Positions 29,311 through 37,576 of a stretch of 64,000 nucleotides of DNA are shown here, in pieces (the stretch's first letter is position 1; every line of letters starts with the position of its first letter). The position numbers and the translations under genes are program-made. The notes below the pieces were generated by a model that made no database searches, was not told where the DNA came from, and saw only the letters and a list, made by a program, of their open reading frames with translations. The stretch comes from Candidatus Adlerbacteria bacterium (GTDB lineage: Bacteria; Patescibacteriota; Minisyncoccia; Phycocordibacterales; SBAW01), in NCBI GenBank assembly GCA_903851045.1, contig CAINNF010000008.1, positions 299-64,298 of the forward strand, given 5' to 3'.

Positions 29311-30003
29311 TTATCCGTTCTTACTCTTACGCGGACCAAGCGTCGCGAACATGATGGAGAACATGGCTCGTAGAATTTTTATATTGCCGTAGAAACGGCG
29401 CGAGTAGTAGCGGGAGGTGTCGTTCTGTCGTATCAAAAACGGGATCGGGACGTTCTGTGCACGAAAGCCGCGGTGGATAGCGGTGAAGGTCATCTCGGTC
29501 CCGGCCGAGCGACGGGTGTCGAAACGCTCGGACTGTTCGATCACCTTCCTTGTGTACGCCTTGAAACCGCACAGCGGGTCGATGATGCCGAATCGCAGCC
29601 GCGAGTAGAAAGAGTAGATGTATTCGGCGAGCTGCGGAAAGGAGCTACGCGCACCGACCGTTAGGTCCGCGCGCCCGGCGCGGATCGGCTCCAGCATGTT
29701 TGGTATGTCCTCGGGCCTATGCTCGCCGTCCGCATCTATCGTGATAATGATGTCGGCGTCCATTTGTTTGGCCAAGGTAAAGCCGGTGTTGAGGACGGAG
29801 TTATAGCCGCGATTGATCGGCTCTTGATACACGGTCGCGCCCGCAGTGCGCGCAACCTGTGCCGTCGCGTCGGTCGACGCGTCGTCGACCACAATCACCT
29901 TCGACACGTGTGGGAGCGTGCGCCGAATGATATCAGCAACGGTGCCCGCCTCGTTATAGGCGGGTATGATGGCGATGATGGTGCGGTGATTATCGGATGT
30001 CAT
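29311..30003 (-). CDS. GT2 glycosyltransferase
   Basis: IIPAYNE, VVDDASTD, DADGEH and DPLCGFK. Confidence 0.93.
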   Translation of the reverse strand: MTSDNHRTIIAIIPAYNEAGTVADIIRRTLPHVSKVIVVDDASTDATAQVARTAGATVYQEPINRGYNSVLNTGFTLAKQMDADIIITIDADGEHRPEDIPNMLEPIRAGRADLTVGARSSFPQLAEYIYSFYSRLRFGIIDPLCGFKAYTRKVIEQSERFDTRRSAGTEMTFTAIHRGFRAQNVPIPFLIRQNDTSRYYSRRFYGNIKILRAMFSIMFATLGPRKSKNG

Positions 30004-31090
30004 GAGCACGAAGCGCGCTGCCAGCCGGTATCGCACTCTTCGCTCGCTTGCCAAGTACCTTCGTGGTCTCAGCGGGGCGCAGGCCAGTCGCGGGTCGTAA
30101 GAATTCTACCATGTCGCGCGTGATCTTCTCCCCCTTCGCGATGTCGCGCATCGCGTAGATGCCGCGACGTTGGATGATGACGGTCTGCTTCTCCGACGGC
30201 ATGACGCGTTTGATACCATCGCCAAGCGCGCGCTCCATCGCGCGGACACTCTCTACCATCTTCGCGAACGCGTCCGGCTCCATGGCGAGGTGGTGGTCGG
30301 GGCCGGGTAGCGTGTGGTCGTCGGTGAAGTGCTTCTCTATCATGCAGCCGCCCATCGCTATCGAACCGATCGGGACCGTGAGCCCACCCAGCGGGTCATC
30401 GCCACCGCCGTCCGGACCAATCGTGTGGTCGGAGTAGCCAACCAGGACACCGGACGTGTCGCGTATCGAGTGCATAGCCTTGAGGTTCGCGTCGGCAACT
30501 GGCGACGGATAGTTGGTCACGCACTGGAGGATGACGATCTTCTCGTTACCCGCCTTGCGGATCGTTTTGATAGCCGCACCCACCTCCTGCATGGTCGAGG
30601 CACCGACACCGACAATAATCGGCTTCTTGGTCTTGGCGACATAGGTGAGGAACTCGTGATTGTCGATCTCGCCAGACCCAAGCTTGTGCGCCGGTACGCC
30701 GACCCGCTCGAGCATATCGACCGCCTCGCGGTCATAGGGGCTGGAGAAAAAGTCGATACCGATCTCCTTGCAGTAGTCCGCGAGCTCTTGCACCCACTCG
30801 TGCGGGAACTCGGACTTCTTGAACATGTCGAAGACGGACTCCTTCCACTTCGCGTGGTAAGAGATCTTGTCGAACGTGTTGAAGCCCTTGTCCGAGACGA
30901 TCTTTGGCGCGGAAAAATTTTGGATCTTGTACGCATCGGCACCCGACTGCTTGGCGAGCTTCGCGAGCTGCTTGGCACGTTTGAGACTCCCATCGAAGTT
31001 GGAGCCTACCTCCGCGATGATATACGCCGGATACCCCGGCCCGATGGTGCGCTTCCCTATCTTGATAGTCTTGGGTGTTTTCATAGCCAT
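29990..31090 (-). CDS. NeuB/PseI/SpsE-family nonulosonic acid synthase with SAF domain
   Basis: IIAEVGSN, KLGSGE, GYSDHT, IEKHFT and RPATG. Confidence 0.94.
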   Translation of the reverse strand: MAMKTPKTIKIGKRTIGPGYPAYIIAEVGSNFDGSLKRAKQLAKLAKQSGADAYKIQNFSAPKIVSDKGFNTFDKISYHAKWKESVFDMFKKSEFPHEWVQELADYCKEIGIDFFSSPYDREAVDMLERVGVPAHKLGSGEIDNHEFLTYVAKTKKPIIVGVGASTMQEVGAAIKTIRKAGNEKIVILQCVTNYPSPVADANLKAMHSIRDTSGVLVGYSDHTIGPDGGGDDPLGGLTVPIGSIAMGGCMIEKHFTDDHTLPGPDHHLAMEPDAFAKMVESVRAMERALGDGIKRVMPSEKQTVIIQRRGIYAMRDIAKGEKITRDMVEFLRPATGLRPAETTKVLGKRAKSAIPAGSALRAHDIR

Positions 31091-31165
31091 ACACTAGTAT
31101 AACTCCCCCACCGAGTCAAAAGTCGCAGAGTATTGGACACAGACCCTAAGCTGCTCAAAAAGAAG

Positions 31166-31911
31166 TTAGTCGGCAAGCACAAGATTGGTTCCTTTTTTGC
31201 CATCAAGGCGCGACTCCTCAGTCGTCGTTTTTTCGAGCGTGCCGCCTGGCACAATTTTAAAGATTGAGTGTGTTTTCGCTAATTCGTCTACAAGAGGTTT
31301 TGAATCCCACGGATTGTATTCGAACACGATAACTGGCTTTCGCTGGAGCAGTTTCGGCATCCCTTGAAAAACCAGTGTCTCCGCACCTTCGACATCAATC
31401 TTTATAAAATGGATATCCGTCGACTGAAAAAGTTTATCCAGAGTGGTACAGGGCACCACCACCTGCCGCCCTTCGTCTTTGTTCTCCAACAAAGAGTGCA
31501 TCCCCATTTTCCTCGACAGATAGAAGGTAGCGGTCCCGTCCGTATCCGAGACCGCGCTTTGCATAATATGCACATTTGTTAGATGTTTCGTATTTTTTTT
31601 CAACAAACGAAAATTGTTCGCATCCGGCTCAAACGCGTACACATTGCCCGTCGGACCGACCAACGAAGACGCGAGCCGAGTAAAGTATCCAAGGTTAGCA
31701 CCGACATCCACCACGGTCATGCCGCTCGTGATGGTGTTTTTAAAATAGTTCGTCGTATCGATCTCGTATCGATTGCGGAGATGGTTCAGTTTTGTCTGCC
31801 AGGTGCAACTACTGGGGGGGGGAATGAGTATCTCGCCAACCACGCCCACATATCGACCACAAGCACCACAGGCTGCTTGAGAATCTGTCGCACTATCGCT
31901 ACTGAACTCAT
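31166..31911 (-). pseudogene. FkbM methyltransferase, apparently frameshifted at a G9 tract
   Basis: VDVGANLG, AFEP and KIDVEGAE in the long frame. Likely start ATG 31911 is out of frame, and the frames join at G9 (31814-31822). Confidence 0.7.
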
Positions 31912-31979
31912 GGAGCAATCATAAATCCTTTAGGTAAAAAATACTACTCACTACGCACCCCATGTTTTCGAACATATCG

Positions 31980-32975
31980 TTACCAAGTCCTCACACCTCG
32001 ATACATCGGCAGGAGGGTGCCGCCGAAGAGGCGTTTGAAGCGGGCTATCGCTTGTTCTTTTGGGGTGCTGTCTTCGGGTTTTTCTTGCCACCCGATGTCG
32101 TACTGTTCGAAGCCGTTCTGTCGCAGGCGTTGCATGATCTCCCACTGCATCAAGTGGCCGAGCCCGCGGTAGGCGAAGCGGGCGTCGGGTAGGAGCGCCG
32201 ACTGGGCGTAGTAGGCAGACTTCTTGTAGGCGAACACCATCGCACACGACACATACTCTCCGCCGTTGGCTGGTGAGCCGAACACGACGAACGCGTCGCC
32301 CCGGCGCACCAGGTCGAACGTCTTCTCCCAGCGCAGTGGTGCGCCGACCTCCTTCCCTGCCGCCGCGAAGTATATCTTCGTGTACATCTGCGCCAGCTCG
32401 TGCGTGAACGATCGCGAGTCGAAACACGAGATAGCGTACCCGGCCTTTTGGGCAAAATGTACGTCGGAGCGGTGCCCTTTTGCCATCGCAGCAAGAAGTT
32501 CTTTCTCGTCCCTGCGAAGGTCGACACATGTGGTCGTGATGGATGTGTCGTCGAACCCGAATGGCACGAGCGGATTCTCGCGAAGCGATGGCGACGACGC
32601 AGCGAGCGGATCGACGAACATAGTCGCCGCATGGACCTCATTCACTTTCGCGAGCCGAGCGACCTCGTCAAAGATCACCTTGAGAATGTCCGCGCGCTCT
32701 TCGGGAGTCACGTCGTGGGCGAGCGCGGGGTACGGCACCGGCGTCCCACCCATTTTGAACTCGCGTTGTCCCTCTGAACCTTGGCACATGAGCGGCACGA
32801 TCGCGACCAGTGCGCCGTCTCGCATGACACCAAAGGAATAGTCGCGAGCGTGTGGGTCGAGCGTCAGACTCAGTGCCATGAATGCTCGCGTATGTCGCAG
32901 CCACGCATCCGGCGAGGTAGCGCAAAAAGCGTCCCAAGCCGTATCACCGATGTCCTGCTGTGCGAGAATGTTCAT
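31980..32975 (-). CDS. GNAT/FemAB-like acyltransferase
   Basis: WDAF, VDL...LL..M.KGHR, HLMQWEIM and FKRLFGG. Confidence 0.82.
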   Translation of the reverse strand: MNILAQQDIGDTAWDAFCATSPDAWLRHTRAFMALSLTLDPHARDYSFGVMRDGALVAIVPLMCQGSEGQREFKMGGTPVPYPALAHDVTPEERADILKVIFDEVARLAKVNEVHAATMFVDPLAASSPSLRENPLVPFGFDDTSITTTCVDLRRDEKELLAAMAKGHRSDVHFAQKAGYAISCFDSRSFTHELAQMYTKIYFAAAGKEVGAPLRWEKTFDLVRRGDAFVVFGSPANGGEYVSCAMVFAYKKSAYYAQSALLPDARFAYRGLGHLMQWEIMQRLRQNGFEQYDIGWQEKPEDSTPKEQAIARFKRLFGGTLLPMYRGVRTW

Positions 32976-34858
32976 AGTGACGTATATACGAGCAGGTCTT
33001 CTCGCAACAGTGCGGTCATCCGCTCGGACGCATGTCCGTCGAACGAATATCCGTCTCGGATAAAGGCGCTGCTGCGCGCCACCAACTCGGCCGCATACGC
33101 GGGTTCGGTGAGTATCCGCTTCGCGATTGCCGCCTGTGCCGACGGGTCGAACACGGCGGGCGCAGCGTTGGTGTAGATAGGCAGGTGCGGGTCACTGCTT
33201 CGCCACGGAAAGAGCACGAGCGGCTTGCGCGCTATCATCGTCTCGTACATCGCGGATGAGTTGTTCGAACATACCATATCGCTCATTTGGATGCGGAAGA
33301 ACAGGTCATCGCCGACGATCGCATAGTTCTCTCCATCGAACACTTCGTTGATGTACTCTCGATGAAGCGGTGTGCAACTCTGTGTGCCGCGGAACTTGAA
33401 CACGACCTGTGTGTCGGGGAGCGCGCGTTGCATCCCTGCCATCGTGGCGAACAACTGCGCGTTGTCGTACGTGTCGAACACGTGCGGTATCAACGCGGGT
33501 TGGTCCCCCGGTGTCGCGACCAGCACGACTGGTCGGGCTGGGTCGAGCCCGAGCGCACGAACCGCCGCATCACGATCCTCCCGGGGCAAGACGGGCACCT
33601 CTTTGTATCGATCGAAGCGCGGCGACCCAATCGCGCGGATACGGTCCGGCTCGTAACCGTGATTGCGCACATAGATGTCTCGCATGAGCGAGCCGTATGA
33701 GGCAAGGTAGGACGACTCGAGTCGAGACGGTACCCAGTCGGGGTCGAGCACCGCGCCCGCATGTTGGAGCTCTATGGATGGGATATCGAGCGACATCGCA
33801 ACCTTCGCCGCGAGATAAAAATGCGGTTGATGACCGCTCACGCTCGCGCGCAAGACCACCTTTTGGATCTTCTCTTTGGTGAATATCGCCGCAAGCGCAT
33901 CGATATCGTACACCAGACGCTGCGCGTACTCACCGACAAAAAAGTCGAACGCGGGCGCGACAAGCGGCCACAGGGACTCGCCTTCGAACTGGAACTCCGG
34001 CATACGCGCGACCGCCTCGCGCGCCGTGGCCCACTGTGCTTTGAACGCCTGTTGTCGTTCCCGTGCCGCATTTCGCAGCGCCGTGGTCTGTATGTCGATC
34101 GGATGGATCAGGCGTATGCGATGTTTAAGCAGTTGGAGCTTAGGTATGTGGCGCACCTCGCTGCGATCCATGAGCACCAACTCGACATCATCCATCTTTT
34201 GCATGAAGGGTGCTATGTGGTACCAGTTCTCGCTGGCGAACAACTTCAGCGGTTTGCGCGGTACGAAGAGACGCATACAAAGATTCCATACACGCAACAG
34301 CTTGACGACCTTCGACTGCGGCGGGAACGGCAACACGGCACCGGGCGGCGGCGTGCCGAGTTCTTGGAGCACGCAGGCGCCGTCGCGCGCGAGAAAACGG
34401 ACGATGTCCGTGATAGCGTACAGCTCGAACGCGGTGAACATCCCCCCCGACACGGGGATACTGCCCCGCACGTGTGGCACCACCACCCGCACGCCCGGCC
34501 CCGACTCTTGGATCATCTTCTTGAGCGGCGCGAAATAGTACAAGAGGTGCTGGAGATACCCGTCGACCGCCGGTTCGGCCGCTTCGGCAAGCTGGATACC
34601 GCGGTGGGTAAAGAACGCGAGCTCCGGTAGCCGGTACCACTGATGCGCGATATCTTCCACCTTTCGCATCCAGAACGCGCGCTCCTCGTCGGAGAGTCTC
34701 CACTTCGAGAATGACTCGTACGCGACCCCGCGCTTCGCTAACTCTCGCTCTATCCAGAACGTGCACGCGACAAGACGCGGCGGCTGTGGGGCCGCCTGCA
34801 CGAACGACACGATCTCGTCGATCTGGTCGAACTCGAACACTAGTACGATGTCCTGCAT
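32972..34858 (-). CDS. Surface-polysaccharide protein with C-terminal GT-B (CDP-glycerol transferase/sialyltransferase-like) domain
   Basis: ELQHAG, IGSPRFD, SSAMYE...KP and DGHASER. Confidence 0.65.
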   Translation of the reverse strand: MQDIVLVFEFDQIDEIVSFVQAAPQPPRLVACTFWIERELAKRGVAYESFSKWRLSDEERAFWMRKVEDIAHQWYRLPELAFFTHRGIQLAEAAEPAVDGYLQHLLYYFAPLKKMIQESGPGVRVVVPHVRGSIPVSGGMFTAFELYAITDIVRFLARDGACVLQELGTPPPGAVLPFPPQSKVVKLLRVWNLCMRLFVPRKPLKLFASENWYHIAPFMQKMDDVELVLMDRSEVRHIPKLQLLKHRIRLIHPIDIQTTALRNAARERQQAFKAQWATAREAVARMPEFQFEGESLWPLVAPAFDFFVGEYAQRLVYDIDALAAIFTKEKIQKVVLRASVSGHQPHFYLAAKVAMSLDIPSIELQHAGAVLDPDWVPSRLESSYLASYGSLMRDIYVRNHGYEPDRIRAIGSPRFDRYKEVPVLPREDRDAAVRALGLDPARPVVLVATPGDQPALIPHVFDTYDNAQLFATMAGMQRALPDTQVVFKFRGTQSCTPLHREYINEVFDGENYAIVGDDLFFRIQMSDMVCSNNSSAMYETMIARKPLVLFPWRSSDPHLPIYTNAAPAVFDPSAQAAIAKRILTEPAYAAELVARSSAFIRDGYSFDGHASERMTALLREDLLVYTSL

Positions 34859-34921
34859 ATACTATATATACCTGTACGCGATACATAATACTACACCGCC
34901 TGCCGACAAAAAGTTGCATAC

Positions 34922-34953
34922 AAAAAAGCCTCGCGCACGGAGCGGAGGCTTTA
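34922..34953 (-). terminator. Intrinsic terminator
   Basis: AAAGCCTC / GAGGCTTT with a T run on the minus strand. Confidence 0.6.
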
Positions 34954-34969
34954 TATCGTTCGCACTGTT

Positions 34970-35548
34970 TCATTCGGCTGCCTCCGCGTCAGGAGACCGT
35001 CGTGCACGCACGGGAACTCTCTCGGCGAGCGTCAGAGTGACCCCGATACGCCGTAGTGCTTTGACCCAGAGACGCACCATGTGCGGTGCCGCCTCTCCTC
35101 CCGCGACCCACCGGTCGATTAGACAAGCAACACGGGAGACGATCGCTTCGTGCAGGCACTGGAACTGACGAGTTCTCGCCTGCGGTGGCGCTTTGTGTGC
35201 GACCTCAAGCGACTCAAGTAGTACGTGGATCGCATACGACATCTGGCCCACATCGACCAGGATGCCGCTCCACTGGAGACTCATCCGTAGCATGTCGACC
35301 ACGTCGCACAGCATCTGCGCACCATGGTACGCTCGCCGTGCGTGGTCGGACGCCTCGGTCAAGGCATCCAGACGCGCTTGACCACGCAGGTCGCGTGCCC
35401 GTCGTTTAGCGATCATCATGTTCGAGTGGTGCACGACCGTACTCAGAATCAGTTGTGCATGATGCAGTGCCGCATCGGCCGCCGCACGGTCCCCCCGCCC
35501 TCCCGCTGTATAGGCAACAGACACGAGCGCATCGATGCTCGGTCGCAT
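34970..35548 (-). CDS. Hypothetical helical protein
   Basis: SD AAAGGAG before ATG 35548 and a terminator after the stop. No recognisable motif. Confidence 0.55.
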   Translation of the reverse strand: MRPSIDALVSVAYTAGGRGDRAAADAALHHAQLILSTVVHHSNMMIAKRRARDLRGQARLDALTEASDHARRAYHGAQMLCDVVDMLRMSLQWSGILVDVGQMSYAIHVLLESLEVAHKAPPQARTRQFQCLHEAIVSRVACLIDRWVAGGEAAPHMVRLWVKALRRIGVTLTLAERVPVRARRSPDAEAAE

Positions 35549-35659
35549 ACAGGTATCTCCTTTCCATAACGACACACGTGTTCGGAACAACTGCCTCCAA
35601 CCTACCACACTCTCGCCTCTTCGCCATACGCGACACAACAACCTTTCTGTACGCCCACA

Positions 35660-35696
35660 AAAAGATCCCCAAGAAGCATGTCGCTCCTTGGGGATC
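35660..35696 (-). terminator. Intrinsic terminator
   Basis: GATCCCCAAG / CTTGGGGATC followed by a T run on the minus strand. Confidence 0.65.
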
Positions 35697-35713
35697 GTTA
35701 CTTGCACAACGAT

Positions 35714-36544
35714 CTAGACGATGTCGCCAATCAGCATGCCGTGGTCACTGCCGGGCGAGAAGTCGAGACGAAAATTCTCGACACTGAACGGATAACCTTT
35801 GGCGCCCGAAAACACCATGATACGGTCCGGTTTGGCGCCGAATTTCGCGGCAGGATGGTGCGGTGCGAGAGTTGTTTGTATCTCTGCGGGCAAAAAGTCG
35901 CGCCCATCCCACTCCTGCAAACTTGCGATCACCTCACCACCTCGATCAGTGTTGGTGTCGGCTGCGAAGACGACGCCACCATGCTGCATGCCTTGGGTGT
36001 GCAAGAATCTCCCAAGAATGCCCGTACTTCTTCTCTGGAGATCCGTATGCACACCACCACGAGTCCAGAACCCGTGGTGAGTCGCGACTCGAATAGTGCG
36101 GCCATCATGAAGCATGACGGTCGCAGCGAGCACCACGCGACTCTCGGTCTCGAGTACGAGCTGGTCAGCCAATTCACTCGGTTCGATGCGCTGGTTGTCG
36201 TTACCGACACCCTGCAAATCTCGCAGGATCCCATCTCCATGGGTGAAACGGAGGGCTCTATCCACCAGCGGGAAGGTTGAGACGATCGCGATCCCCACCG
36301 GCTCACGCCGACCGAAGATGAGATGGTCGGTCATGGGCACAAAAATGGACTGAAACTGCCACAGGTAGCCAAGCACTGAAGCCGGCACGTCCTGGAGACA
36401 CAGGACATGCGCAGGCGGCGAAATAGCACCGCTCCCCACTCCCTTGACCCACGCGAGTGTCGGTGACACGTCGTACGGATCCTTCCCCAAACAACGACCG
36501 AGATTGAGGGTCGCTATACGCACAGGACTCTGTTGACCGAACAC
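35714..36544 (-). CDS. EEP family protein, paralog of 15474-16223
   Basis: TLNL, CLQDV, FVPMT, ATHHGFW, AADTN and SDH. SD GAGGAGG and a TTGACA-16-TATCTT promoter. Confidence 0.82.
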   Translation of the reverse strand: MFGQQSPVRIATLNLGRCLGKDPYDVSPTLAWVKGVGSGAISPPAHVLCLQDVPASVLGYLWQFQSIFVPMTDHLIFGRREPVGIAIVSTFPLVDRALRFTHGDGILRDLQGVGNDNQRIEPSELADQLVLETESRVVLAATVMLHDGRTIRVATHHGFWTRGGVHTDLQRRSTGILGRFLHTQGMQHGGVVFAADTNTDRGGEVIASLQEWDGRDFLPAEIQTTLAPHHPAAKFGAKPDRIMVFSGAKGYPFSVENFRLDFSPGSDHGMLIGDIV

Positions 36545-36648
36545 TCGTTCCTCCTCAAGGTGCCGAAATACAAGATAACAAAATGAATCAACCTGTCAAC
36601 AACCCGATTTTAAATTATACGTTGTCGCCTCCGTCTCGTTGGAAACAG

Positions 36649-36904
36649 TGTTACCGCGGGCGTTGTGTTGTGGTCTTGTCTGTGGGGGCGTCTTCGATCT
36701 GTCGGGGGTGCTCTTTTTCTGGGGGCACGGTCATGAGTACGGTGCTTGGGATCGGCGAGGGTTCGATCGTTATCGTGTGATTTGGTGAGAGGTGCAACTC
36801 TTCGAACGAGAGTTTCGTCGCGAGCGGGGTCTTGCCGAACAGGCGCAGGATAGCGTTGGCGATGTCTATCTTGGTTGGGTAGTACGTCTCGGTCAGGGCG
36901 GTCG
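36649..36904 (-). repeat. 256-bp direct repeat copy 1: orphan 3' end of the E1-beta gene
   Basis: Matches 46251-46506 with 4 mismatches by manual alignment. Confidence 0.95.
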
Positions 36905-36913
36905 GAAATGGGA

Positions 36914-37050
36914 AATGGGGAGGCGTCCGTTTAATCACGATTTCTTGTGGTCTAATGTTAATCTCCATCCGCTATGCGAATACTGTGCAGCATAGCGGGA
37001 ACCAATTACTACACCACACAATTTTCAAATTAAACGGACGCCTCCCCATT
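36914..37050. repeat. 137-bp element with perfect 22-bp terminal inverted repeats (MITE-like)
   Basis: AATGGGGAGGCGTCCGTTTAAT (36914-36935) and its reverse complement (37029-37050), with an internal hairpin at 36969-36998. Confidence 0.85.
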
Positions 37051-37103
37051 ATCCGCTTCCTGATTGAAGCTAATATAAAAATAATTTTTAACACTTGATA
37101 TGT

Positions 37104-37574
37104 TTATTGGTTAGAAACTAGATGCTCTGCTTTCTGATCAAGAGTAATTCTAGGATTTAATTGTGTAAGTTCTTTAAGAATTTTAGAGGTTGCTTTATTT
37201 CCATACGCTTCCAAAGTCCCAATTATACTTTCGCGTACCACACCTCTCTCATCAATATAACTAACCCTAATATCTGTGAGCATTCCAACAAATGATTTAC
37301 GAAATTTAACAGATTGAATTTTTGAAGTTTCAATAGTCTTGCTAGAAATCCATTTAATCGCTCTTAATTTGTGATCAAAAATTGTAATACGGGCAAAAGA
37401 TGACAGAACTGGAATAATTAGACAGAGAATAAGCGCAAAGGACATTCCTTTTACCATACTCTCCACCGTAGCTGTCCCGGAAGTTATTCCAAGGAGAAAA
37501 AAGGCAAGAAAGAATACTCCAAATATCGTCCAAATGCCCCTTATTAAACTTGGTTGCGGTTTGTAGGTGTTCAT
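37104..37574 (-). CDS. 2-TM membrane protein, candidate RHS immunity protein
   Basis: Starts 2 bp after the RHS stop, AT-rich, two hydrophobic helices plus a small soluble domain. Confidence 0.65.
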   Translation of the reverse strand: MNTYKPQPSLIRGIWTIFGVFFLAFFLLGITSGTATVESMVKGMSFALILCLIIPVLSSFARITIFDHKLRAIKWISSKTIETSKIQSVKFRKSFVGMLTDIRVSYIDERGVVRESIIGTLEAYGNKATSKILKELTQLNPRITLDQKAEHLVSNQ

Positions 37575-37576
37575 GA

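Noticed and set aside
36651-36968. 105-aa ORF as an independent gene
   Set aside because: It is the duplicated E1-beta tail joined to codons read through the inverted-repeat element.
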